Origin: Botryllus schlosseri
Lineage: Eukaryota
Assembly (NCBI GenBank): GCA_051294905.1
Contig: CM119386.1
Coordinates: forward strand, 19,220,001 to 19,284,000
Length of the DNA: 64,000 bases
Direction: 5' to 3'
In this document: positions 1 to 12,200 of the stretch, in pieces
Layout of the letters: each line of letters opens with the position of its first letter
How positions within the stretch are numbered: the stretch's first letter is position 1
Program-made: the position numbers and the translations under genes
Notes under the pieces: model-generated
The model's input: the letters and a program-made list of their open reading frames with translations, nothing else
Databases searched by the model: none
What the model was told of the DNA's origin: nothing

Positions 1-224
1 ATAGGGTTACCATATATGTCCTCCTTTAGGAGGATTTCTCCTCCTTTTTCAGGAAATCGAAAATGTCTTCCGGGAACGCCTAAATATCCTCCTCTTTGGT
101 AATTCGTCATTCTTTATAGCTTTGACAGTCAGGCTAATGGACAGGCACAGCTAAAAACGCCATAAATGACGAGATATCTGCAATGCGGATGTACGTATGG
201 GTCTTTCAACGACTTTAGGAATTA

Positions 225-333
225 ATTCAGATTTAGCGACTTTTTTTAGCGATTTTGTTTCAAGATTTAGCGACATCTAGCGATTTTCGACACCAGTTTA
301 GCGATTTTTGTCCATCCGGAGTTGGCAACACTG
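225..333. mobile_element. Right end of a hAT-like non-autonomous DNA transposon (partial)
   Basis: Ends in GTTGGCAACACTG (rc CAGTGTTGCCAAC, a hAT-type terminus) preceded by multiple subterminal TAGCGA repeats. Positions 2-12 (TAGGGTTACCA) look like another hAT-type end. No TSD can be verified at the window edge. Confidence 0.5.
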
Positions 334-1231
334 CTGCAGTGTGAAAGTATAGATTATAGAATGTAAACGTCTACATTCTATAGTGAAAGTGCATATTTTC
401 AGCGTACGCCGTGCGCTGCATGTGGAATGTTGATTGAGGAGTGGCGAAGTCGGTCATGCAGTTGAATTATAGGTAATGTATCGATAGATATAATTGATCT
501 GTGTTAAGACTTATTGCCGACTACTTTCGTGCCTGTATGATAAACACTTAACATTACTATTGGATTGAGCAATCTGGCATATCCTGAAATTTGGAAATTG
601 CCCTTGACATGAACTGTTGGGGTTAGTCAACAGACATGTATCGTACCCCACTTGTCAACCGTTTTCTCGAGTACTTTTGGACTGACCCAAAGTGTGTCCT
701 GCTTCTATAGGACTGATATATTACATACGGTAATATGCAGTTGTGCCCTAATTCAGCTTACCAGGTATATATTTTGAGCTTGATAAAGAGATGTGTCAAA
801 AAGTTTGAGAACCACAGTTGGGCTATATGACTTTTCTTTGCCTTTCATGAATTTTTTAGACATTGCACAGAATCATTAAAAAAGTTGTTAGAGCAGGTAG
901 ATGAAAAGTCGGTGATATGAAAGAACTTCATATTTACCGTATTACAGATTTTGATTTACACTATTCTCTGTAGCGCGATTGACAAATACCGGGTGGTTGC
1001 TTTCATTTTTCAGAAACATTTCATTTCAAGTGTTAGTGGTTGTTAGCGACAAACTCTCGAAATCTCTGCTTCACTCACTGCAATTCAGGCTAAATTGTAT
1101 TTTAAATGACAAACTCTTACGTGATAAGCACAGTTTCATTTTATGATTCTCCTTTAATATTTTGAGTGTAATATCTTGAACGACTTCATTTTTTATATCA
1201 GCCTACTTTTTCTGCTTACATAAATTCCACA

Positions 1232-2479
1232 ATGGAAGCCGAAAATCCCAGTCACAAAGTCGGAAATAGCACATTGCCTTCACCGCGCCATACCGACGAC
1301 AGTGAAACTGTTTGCGAGAAAGCATTCAGTTCCGAAAACGCAAGAATTGGACACGTGAAAATCCATACGGGAGAGAAAGAGCATGAGCGTGACAAATGCG
1401 GGAAAGGTTTTGTGCAAAAAGTCCAACTGAAGAAACATTTGCGTGTTCACACTGGAACTAAATATCACAAATGTGCTGTATGCGGTGTGGGATTTGCGCA
1501 GAAGTCTGCCCTCAAATATCATTTGTCAATCCACACTGGAGTGAAAGACCATAAGTGCGAAGTATGCGGGATGGGCTTTGTGTGGAAGTCTTTACTCAAG
1601 TATCATTTAACTATCCACACCGGAGTGAAAGACCATAAGTGTGCTGTATGCGGTATGGGATTCCGTCTGAAGTCAAATATGAAAAAGCATACGAAGATTC
1701 ATTCTGCCGCAACAAAGTATGAGTGTAATATATGCGGTATGGGATTCCGTCTGAAGTCATCTATGAAAAAGCATACGAAGATGCATTCTGCCGCAACAAA
1801 GTATGAGTGTGATATATGCGGGACCGGCTTTATGAAGAAGTCTTTACTCAAAAATCATTTAAGTATCCACACCGGTGAAAATGACAATAAGTGTGATGTA
1901 TGTGGGCTGCTTTTTGTGACAAGCAGTCGACTGAAACGTCATTCGTTGATTCACAGGAGATTGAAAGAATACGAGTGCTATCTTTGTGGGAAGTCGTTTC
2001 GACAAAAGTGTAATTTAAAAACCCATGCGCTAGTTCACTCCAACGTCCAACAATACCAATGCGAGATATGCGACAAAAAATTTCGTTACAAAGCACAGTA
2101 CGATCGACATCTCGAAGATCATATCGGCATCCGAAAGCATGAATGTTCTATTTGCGGCAAGAAGTTCGGTCACAGCAAGAACTTGAATTTGCACCTAAAA
2201 ATCCACTCTACTGTGAAATCCCACGTCTGCGAGATTTGCGGAAAAGGATTTGCTCGCCGTGGTCACTTGGAATACCATTTGAAACTTCATTTTGGAATCA
2301 AAGAACATGCGTGCCAGTTGTGCGGAAAGGAATTCTGTTTCAAGTTTCAGTTGAAAAGTCATATGCTGAGGCACAGCGACGTCAGAGAGCATCGCTGTAT
2401 GATATGCAACAAGCAATTTCGTCGCGCGGCAGGATTGAGGACGCACATTGGTAGGCACAACGGGACGGAATGTAATTAA
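1232..2479 (+). CDS. C2H2 (Kruppel-type) zinc finger protein, 415 aa, single-exon ORF
   Basis: 12 intact CxxC-x12-Hxxx-H fingers with TG(E/V)K-like linkers, plus 2 degenerate N-terminal fingers lacking the first Cys. No effector domain is visible. An upstream exon cannot be excluded. Confidence 0.9.
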   Translation: MEAENPSHKVGNSTLPSPRHTDDSETVCEKAFSSENARIGHVKIHTGEKEHERDKCGKGFVQKVQLKKHLRVHTGTKYHKCAVCGVGFAQKSALKYHLSIHTGVKDHKCEVCGMGFVWKSLLKYHLTIHTGVKDHKCAVCGMGFRLKSNMKKHTKIHSAATKYECNICGMGFRLKSSMKKHTKMHSAATKYECDICGTGFMKKSLLKNHLSIHTGENDNKCDVCGLLFVTSSRLKRHSLIHRRLKEYECYLCGKSFRQKCNLKTHALVHSNVQQYQCEICDKKFRYKAQYDRHLEDHIGIRKHECSICGKKFGHSKNLNLHLKIHSTVKSHVCEICGKGFARRGHLEYHLKLHFGIKEHACQLCGKEFCFKFQLKSHMLRHSDVREHRCMICNKQFRRAAGLRTHIGRHNGTECN

Positions 2480-5400
2480 GAATCCATTTGCGAGATCTAC
2501 ATAAAAGCTTTTGACAACTCTGGGTACTTGAAAGAGCACATGCAACTTCATACTGGATTCAACTGCTTTGGATATGGGAAGGCAAGAGTTGGTTGGTGTG
2601 TCATTCGCTAATGGATCACTGGCAGTGGCAGACTCGTACAAACTATTGGATTATCAAGATGCGCAACTAGAACTGGACCTACTCTCTTTTCAAAACTTGC
2701 AACTAGTACTGAAACTAGAACTAGCGACGTCTAAAACTCTAACCAAATCACAACTACCTAAATTCAATTGTGAAGCAGCCCATTCATCAGTACCAGTTCA
2801 AAATGGGATGGGTTTCAACCTCCAAGTGTAGTAATGACTCGGAGGTAGCAATGGCTGCAAGAACATCACTCAACACAACTAATTTTCTTTCAAATGTGCT
2901 CCTAGAACTAGGATTACTAAAGTTTCAAAATCTGCAAACAGAACTAGAACTACTCAAAAAACCATTATTAGTTGATTCACCATCAACTAACTTGACTGGT
3001 TAGCTGGTGTATCATTTCCGAATTCACTGCTTGCACCATTGATAGTTGTTGGTGCTGGAGTTGCCTTTGTTTGTAAATCCACTGTCAGCGACGTGAAAGA
3101 CGCCAGTTCGAGTCTATGTGGTAGCACGTTTCAAAGTGTCTAATGTTTATCAGCGATCCTCCTCCCTCATCTTTACAAAAAAGCCAGACAAAGACCAGGG
3201 TAAGGACGAATGGAAAGCAAATGGAAAGGCAAGGAAAAGTGCCTAAAAATGACGGCCAAAATTCAAACACTGTTACGTCAGGCATTAATTAGGCCCTTCA
3301 TAACCTTTTCAGTGTTTAATTCAAATCATATTCGTCCAAGTCTCAGTATGTAGGCTACTTCGTTTTTTATCAAAACCAAATGCATTATCGTTGATTTGCA
3401 AAAACAAAGCGCAGTGTTTTTATTCTTTCTGTTTGGCTTTAGACTAAGATTATTGCTTTTGCTAATATTGCTATACCGTAATTTGTATATATAGTTGCAC
3501 CGTATTGCATTTGTATTACTGTAAATTATTTCATGAGAGTTATAACGGACCTAAGACAATTTGAACTTTTGGTAAAAATAGTTGAGAATCCCTGGTCTAG
3601 GTGAAGAATTTGTTAGGTTTCCTAATAACGCAGCACACCAAATTTGACTCGATTCCAACCATTGCAAGGGCCGCATGCCCAAATTGAAATTTCTAGCATT
3701 TTTGGAAATACTAGTATCTACGGCCACAAATGCCATCACCTCGCCATGACCAAACATCGACTTCCAGTCGTGCCTGAAAGGAGAGTGATGCTTTTATGCG
3801 TTTTCACGTAGCCAGTTGATTTTGAATATTTTTAAACACCCCTACTGTACAGGTTATTGGTACTGCAGCGACTAAGATGAATTCATCCTAGTATGACATC
3901 CATGTTAATGTTATCGCTGCTTTAATCGATCAACCCCATCTATGTTATCACCAACTAATGACCAACTCTTCTAGTGAACTATACATTCCCTATCTTTACA
4001 ATTAAGCTGTAAGGTTGAATTCTGCATCGGTGCTTGTGAGGATAATCCGGTTCATGTAATATATAATTATACATATTAATAGGCTGATGAATTAATAAAG
4101 AAACATATAGCTGCTACCAATCAGTACCGCCTTGCCATCTGTTGAAAATTGTATATTTCACATGCCCCTTTTAACACATTATAATTATATCGGTACGTTC
4201 GAAAGAAAGTTTGATCGGTTGATTGCACCAAGTCGTTTTGACTCTTCGTATCTTTCTTTGCATTGCAATCTTGCGGTGTTTGATCTGATAACATTGTTAA
4301 TAAACTGAACTGACTTGCGAATGTGCACATTTTTGTTTCATGGTGGATGAAGTATCTATTCCTCTATAAGCCAATTTTTGGAGGGGTGTGTAGCCTACTC
4401 TACTTGATCTCGGGTATGTACTCACCATACTTGAACGTATTTACATGCAGTACTCGTGTCTTAGACCTAACAAAGCTTCTTAAATTGATTTGAAGTTATC
4501 ACCTTATGAAGGGAGAGTTAGACAAGCTTTTCTATATTGGATTAAGATAGAATTAATCGCATTTCAGAATTAGAATGAGTTCATATCAAACCAGAGTTCA
4601 GTCTTGCAAGCATGAGAAAGTCAAAAATGTCTGTACGCCAAGCTTGGGTCATTTTGCGCTGTACTACACCATTTTCATGAATTAGGTTAGAATCGAATTT
4701 ATAGCATAAGAACGTTTCACAAATTACATTAGTGTTTGATTACCAACATTCCACTCGAATCAGACAATCTGGCTGTCCAAGTCTATATGCAGGGCAAAGT
4801 GCTGATTATATGACACAGTCGGTAGATGCTGGAACAATGCAGTGACTACTAGCGTAGCTTGGGAGAATCGTGTTTTTTTGGCTTGATCATTGTTATTTTA
4901 TCTCTACTTTGGATGGCAACTGGTTCCATGACACGCCAGTGTTGAAAAATCATAGCTCCTGAATTTTCTACTTTCTCACCCTTCCAGGACCACAGACAGT
5001 ATCAACTGATTATTATATTATCGCATATATGAGTATCCTTCACATCACGCATAAATTCTGCCATAAACCGCCACCAAAGCATACTAGAAACGATACACCT
5101 AAAAATGGAATTCCTTGCCGGACATGTTCACTCACACGACCAAAGCAATAACGTCTTATTCGTAGAGATTCGCGTATATCTATAAAACCAGCAGCCTGAC
5201 GAATCCACTTTTGCAGAAAACAACTACTAAATTGCCGTCAACAACTTATTCGTAGATATTGGCACTTCAAGATGAGAGAAATAACTCTGATGAAGAAATG
5301 ACGATAAATAGATCGCGATTCACTTCGTCGTTCTGTACCATCGAGTCTTTTTACACGGCTGCACAGACATTGGATATCTATCTTTGCCATTGCTGTATTT

Positions 5401-6250
5401 ACACGCTGGCAGCCGAAATTTGTCTATACACAGAAGGCCTGTTCCCGCACTTGTATGAGGCAATACTACCTGGGCTGGGCATAACGATTCTACAGCTAGA
5501 ATCCGAATAGAGTGTTAATTGCAACAATTCTACTGAAGTAGTGAGAAACGATTTTTTCAGGTAGAGATTATATAAGTCACTTTCTGCCAAGAGTTTAGTA
5601 TCAAATATCTTGCCATCCTGAAAACCTTGCATTTTCTACTTGAAATAAAAGCTGGACAAAATGATTCAAGTACTCGAATATGAATCGGGCATCGACTCTA
5701 ATGATTGATAATGATGTGATACCACTGATAGTGAGTGATGATTTCTGCAAGTGCGGAAACTATAAGCTCTTGCCCCAAAGAGAACTATTGTTTTGATTCT
5801 ATTTACCCAACGAGGAAGCATTGAAACCCCCATCTGTAGTATCACAGCATCCAAAACACAATACAAAGCAACTCACAAAGCCAAAATGATAATTCCGTGA
5901 AGCTAAGACCAACCCATAGCATCGTCACAAAGTCCAATGAAATAGATATGACTGTAAAATACCAGATTTTCATGTGGTGTAGAACTGTGATCATTTTCTT
6001 CATGGTCGCAAAAAATGGATGTATTTAAACTGGCCCTATCGTCCATACTCTTCGAACTATTTGTCATTATGTTATAATGAGTGATAGTCATCCCGAAGCC
6101 TAATATTCAATTCAGAATCGAAATAGCCTGATACTCGATTTAGCCCAGCCCCAGTTATTAGTTCACAATACCGACGGGTAAAACGCGGCATTAAATTCGC
6201 AACAAAAGTTCAACGACACAGGCAGACACCAATCTGCCCTCCGGACAATT

Positions 6251-9200
6251 TCAAACTCTCAATTGCGTCGCGATCTGCAGCATGCTCTTCAGACCCGGCA
6301 TGAACGCGGAAATCTCGGAAAAGTTTGAGTTCGACACGATCTGCGTGTGCAGGCGAAGACCGCCGGCTAGATCTCCAGAACCGATGGACTGCGCGAGTTG
6401 ATGCAGGCCCGTGACTATATGCGGTGATAGCTGAAATGCGTAATGTAAGTTATTGAGAGCCATATGGTGGATAAGGCGAGTGTGTTCTCACGGTGTTGGC
6501 ACGCAATTTGTCGTACAAGAATTCCATCCTACGTTCGCAATCATCCAGTTTCCTTTTCATTTGCTGCAGATTGAAAACAAATAAAAAACGTCAGTCAGAG
6601 GCGGTCAAAGCAGTCGATGTTGGTGCACAAGGAGAAGTAACATTGTAACATTTCGCAAAGATGTCAAAACTACTTCAAGTGGAATTCGAAAACGTCGGTC
6701 TGGGAAGTATTCAGGTAATTTTAATAAGGAGATTTGGTCCAGGTGTCGTGAACTTTTAACAGTAGATCGGAGATGTCTACATTGTAAGTTGCATGGTGCG
6801 GCTATTCAAATCACTGCGACAGCACAAAAAGTGGGATTTTGGAGTATATATATTCGGCTACCGCAATACAGATGCTATTTCACGTATTTGTTTCGACACT
6901 TTCACTCACAAATGTGATCCAAAAATATCTCAAAACTACCTTCTACTTCACAAAATATCGAGTGTAAAAAGTGAGTGGATTTGCACAAAAAAATTGTTGA
7001 GCATCAGAGCACAAATCATAACTGCTCGAGTAACTAGCACAAGTAGGAAAACCCTATACAAGTACTCAGAAAAATTAAAAGTACTTTGATACTGACTACA
7101 TCTGATAAGAACAGACTCAATCGGATATAAACAAGCACAAAATAACAGATTTGAATAGTATATTCATATTGAAAGGAACCCGAATATTTTCGGCTGACGA
7201 TTACCCCTGACGAGTGCCAGCCGAAAATATTCGGGTTCCTTTCAATATGAATATACTATTCAAATGTGTAATTTTGTGCTTGTTTATATCCGATTAGAGT
7301 TTGTTCTTATCAGATGTAGTCAGTATCGAAGTACTTTTACAAGAGATTCTTAGAGACACAGAACTTCAATATACAATTGAATAGTATATTCTTATTGGAA
7401 TGAATCCGAATATTTTCGGCTGACGATTACCCTAGACGAGTGCCAGCCGAAAATATTCGGGTTCATTCCTATCGGTAATGGTCATTAACCGTTTCAAAAA
7501 ACGCTTGGCTACTAGCTGTCGCCAAGCTCATTAATGACTGTTGAAACGACGTTGAACTAATGCCGCAAAATCCTTCAAAAAGACGAGTTACCGGATTAGC
7601 AGCGCTGGCCGAACAGCGCTTGATGAGCCCTTCGAATTGCGTTTGCAAAATCTGATGTTCCGCGGGGATGGGAGCTTTCGGCATGTCCTTTGCGGCTTTG
7701 GTGGGAAGAGACGGAGCAGGTGCCCGTACCTAAACAGACAGACAGACATTTCATTTTCAAATTGTGATTTTCTTCAAAACATTCACCTTCATTTTCAAAT
7801 TGTGATTTTCTTCAAAACATTCACCGACGATACATATTAGCGAGAACAAACAATACGACACAGTGACGGAATTTGATGACCTTGTGGTGGAGAGTACCAG
7901 TACTCTAATTTGAGCAAAGTAAGCTACTCTAGCGAGCCGACGATACCTGCACTACACCACCAAAAATCTCGACAACGGTGAAATCAACTAGTTTCGGACA
8001 AATGCTCGAAAGGTGTGACTTGAAACAAAACAACAATACAACCGCACGTTATAGGAGCTGAACTTCAAGCTACACACTTGCACGCAAATAGCCTTCATAA
8101 ACAAAGACAAGGGGGCATCGGTTCAACAACAAACAATCGTTCCAGTTCTATATAGAGATTGTTGGTGATTGGCAGCGGAATAGTCTATAAGTCCTTAACT
8201 AATTGTTGACAGAAGAAATCTAGACAGCGTTGCTACGATCCGGTCACATCCTTCGTGAATTCTTACAATTCAACGTAAACGTAGATGTCACAAATAACCT
8301 TAGATTAGCAACAGTCCCTTCTTGAGTAAGAAATATCGAAATCACAACCATTATAAATATCAGCGAGTCTGCGGTCCCGTCTGAAAATATCATTTTTACT
8401 CGTTTTCTGAGACCCCGTGTTGCGTCAGCCACGCTGAATATTTAAATTTAATTTGCTATCTACTATTTCGCTGTGGGCCTACAGTAATTTGGTTGATAGG
8501 CTGGCTTCATGAAGACTTTACAATTAGTTTTGAAACTATAATTTCCGTTGATACTATAACTCATACTAGAAAGGGGCATTTAATTTCAGTGCTTGAAAAC
8601 AATGTCTCTTACTACTAGACGCAAGTCGTTACAACTAATACTTAATTCAGCCTTGACTACTCGAATCATTTTGACCAGCCCTAGTCACAATTCAAAAGAC
8701 GTGACTCGGAAGAATTTGCGCTATGCTGATTTTCGATTTCAATTTGCAAACCGGATTCGAATTAATCGGATTTATCAACCCCAATTACAGCCTGTAATTA
8801 AAACATGGTCTCTAGTAAAATTCCAGGCACTGAATCTACACCATAGCCACCACCCGGCTCTACACAATACCTCGTTGGCAAAATCACTCTCTTCCGTTAC
8901 CTCCGAAGACGTGTTCAAGCCATCCTGACAAGTACATGAAGCATGAAAATGCAATACATTCAAAATCGTATCAAACAAAGATGCATGTCAAATAAATTCA
9001 CTCGATTGTACCTGGTGACCGGCCGGTGCCCCGGGCGGATTCTGCTGCATGGCGTACGGCATGTTGTTAGCATGGGGCTGGTTCGGCATCATCGGTGCCA
9101 TAGGCGCGGCCGCTGGCTGCATGGGGGTCATGAAGTTGTAATCTTGAGGTTGATACGACGGTACGCTTGTCTGTTTATAAACGGAGACAATTTAATTGGC

Positions 9201-12200
9201 GACACTGAAATTTGAGTTCACACACACACGCAAATTAATAACAGTTGTGTAAATCCTTGCGACAATCGCAAGAAAATGGTACACACGATTTTTGGTAATT
9301 AAAGTATATAAGCTGGTGAATAAGACAAAGATTAATATGTCCAGCTCCGATAAACTGTTTGAATATTATGTTCAAAGTACCACAGTCATGTACATAGTTG
9401 ATGCATCAAAGATTCAAGTTAGCACGCTGGCAGCATACACAAACAATTAATCACCAAAGTTGTAAAAGCTATTCAGCACAAGAGGGGTGAAGGAGTGTTT
9501 AAATCTCTCCAATCGAACTGAGAAACAAAGATTTGAAAATAGTGAATGAAATCAGTATAAACAAATTGGTATTGAAAATATCAAATAACATACGAGCATA
9601 CGAGTAAATACTAGATCAGCGGTTCTCAACCGGGGGTCCGCGGACCCCTAGGGGTCCGCGAAGCAATTTCAGGGGGTCCGCGAGACCTCTAAATTTTCAG
9701 AATGGTTGATAACCTTTTTTTTAATTTGAGAAAGCATGAGGCAGTTTCGCACCACAACTGGTAAAACCTCATGACTCATATCAGCATAATAATCGTCTGA
9801 CATCAACTATCGTAGTGTCGAAATTCATTTTCATTGCCAATTTTCCAATAACCTGCTAATAGAAACATATTGCTGTTTAGAGACGCTTTTTTGGGGTTTG
9901 TGGAAAAAAACATGAAGATAGTAACGTCAATCAGGGTGACTTCGTAATGTCTGCGAAACCTTCTCGATTTGACGTTGTCAGTCTCATCAAATTAGTGACC
10001 AGTGGCTTGAAATAAAATTTCCGAAGCATTTCCCTAATTTGTCCCATTGCCGGAATTGAAACCTCGCCACCAAGCCCATTATATCCTGTAATATACATAA
10101 CCACTATTTGAACAGCTTCTTGAAGGTACAGAACTTCAATATACTATTGAATAGTATATTCAGATTGAAATGAACCCGAATATTTTCGGCTGACATTCGT
10201 CATAAATTGGACAATGATACCAGCTCTTAAAGCTTGGCTATCAGATTTGGCGCATTCTTATTGCGGATGCGCTATCAAAAAGGCTGGTTTTTTGATGAAC
10301 AAGGAGTGTTTCGTTGCTATCGAAGCATCACGCTCCAACCCTGCCATTCATATCACCAGTTATATTGGTATGCAGCCTTGTCTTGTTAATGTTTAATTGT
10401 TCATGGTCGAAAATATTTCCTCGTAAATATATATATGTAAACCCGAACAGAACAAGTCGTTTCATGACAGTCTTTATCAGGTTGGAAAACTTGGATCCAT
10501 TCTTCGGCGCACAAAATTTGTCTATACTTTTAGATTAGGATTTTTCACTTTGACGGTAGAAACTCTCTGCGGGTCAATCAAAATGCCGTCGTGGGCCGAA
10601 TCCGACCCGTGACCCTATGCTGCCCGTCCCTGCGCTAGATGCTGGGCGTGATATGTTCATAAAATATATGTTTCCTCATTTTGGTGTCATAAATGTTGCG
10701 ATCACACCATAAGTATCTTCAGAAGCGTTATGCGTTAATATTGCATTAGCCTCCATCTATCTTTGCGGAAATGGTTTCCGGATCTCCTCGTTCATATCAA
10801 AACGAAGACGCGGATTTTCAAGATACGACCTCGTACTTCAAGAAATACAGCAGCAAAATTAATAAAATAATAAAAGGCTACCAATTTCTACATAAATAGC
10901 ATCATGTTATTTTCAAGAATAATCATCATTTTGCTGTTTATCACAAGCCTACAGTTCATATTTGCACGTAACAGATGAAGGTTGCACCATAATAGAGCTA
11001 AAATTGAACTAAACCTTGAGGGGGTCCGCGAGAGTCCGTGACGGTCAAAAGGGGTCCGCGAAGCCAAAAAGGTTGAGAACCACTGTACTAGATGACGGAT
11101 CGAGAGACTGCATAACCTACAACCAATATTCGAGCAGAAAATTATTACAGAATTTTGGACGACACCACAAGCACCAAATAATCAACATTTGCATGACTGC
11201 AAAAATGAAGACAGTCAAATCTAAGAAATGACAAATCCCCTACTCCACCAGTAAAATGTGTGGAATGCGATTGAACGGAAAATTTTCATCACATGCACCA
11301 GATAAAATACATGCAATGGTCAACGAATTTGCTTCTAGGTAAGTACTGTGTATGCTGAGGTGTTAGTCTTGAGATATATACCGTAGAGTCAAGTGTACAG
11401 TTCAATCTCAAATTGTTTCACTGCAGCATAGAGTACGATACACATGGAGGCTGGCAGTCGCACTTCTTGAAACGTATCCTTCCCTACATTGAATCTTTTA
11501 ATTCTAGCCTGTAAGTCGACATTGTTTGGTGTACGTACGATGTCGGATATTGAACAGCTTCATGCTTTCGAGATCGCGTGGACGACGATTGAAGTAGCCA
11601 AGCAATATGCCTATTACTTTTACGAGAATCAAACCTCTAACTCGATCAATTTTGGTCGGTTGATCGCAGCTTCAAATAAACAGAGTGGAAGAACTTCAGA
11701 CACATGCATAACACGATTTGGAAAATAAAATTTTGATTTGTTCAAAGTTCAAACATTGAGTCTTGCGGCAAGTTGTGAGAAGCAGATGGGCATTTTTCAT
11801 GATCTTGTTCATAGCTGAATTTCAATAGAAATAATTTAACATTTGACAGTAATCAGAGCTGGGCAAAACGAGCACCTGGGAGATTCGAGTCTGAGCCGAG
11901 TATTAAGATCTGAGTGAAGTATTCGAGTATGTATTATTTTTGGTAAATGATGCCACTTACATGATATCCAAAATAACTTCGTATTACGATGCTAAGGTAG
12001 ACCACAGTCAATCAAAGTATCGCGGCCCCAATGGTGGGAATAGTCGTAAAACTATATTTTTCTCTGATAAAATATTACTAGTAGAAGAGACCATTGGAGG
12101 TACTGAACTTTGGAATATCTTTTCTGCTGACACTCATCAGGGGAAAACGTCAGCAGCTGGTAGAGAATTCAAAAGAACATTGTATCTCAACAGTCGCATT

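Noticed and set aside
5259-6091. Several 60-80 aa ORFs on both strands downstream of the SEC31 stop
   Set aside because: No recognisable domains or consistent splice pattern; probably SEC31 3' UTR or intergenic sequence.
7150-7470. Repeated palindromic units as a CRISPR-like array
   Set aside because: Eukaryotic intronic context, no unique spacers, no cas genes; the units match the Penelope 3' repeat.
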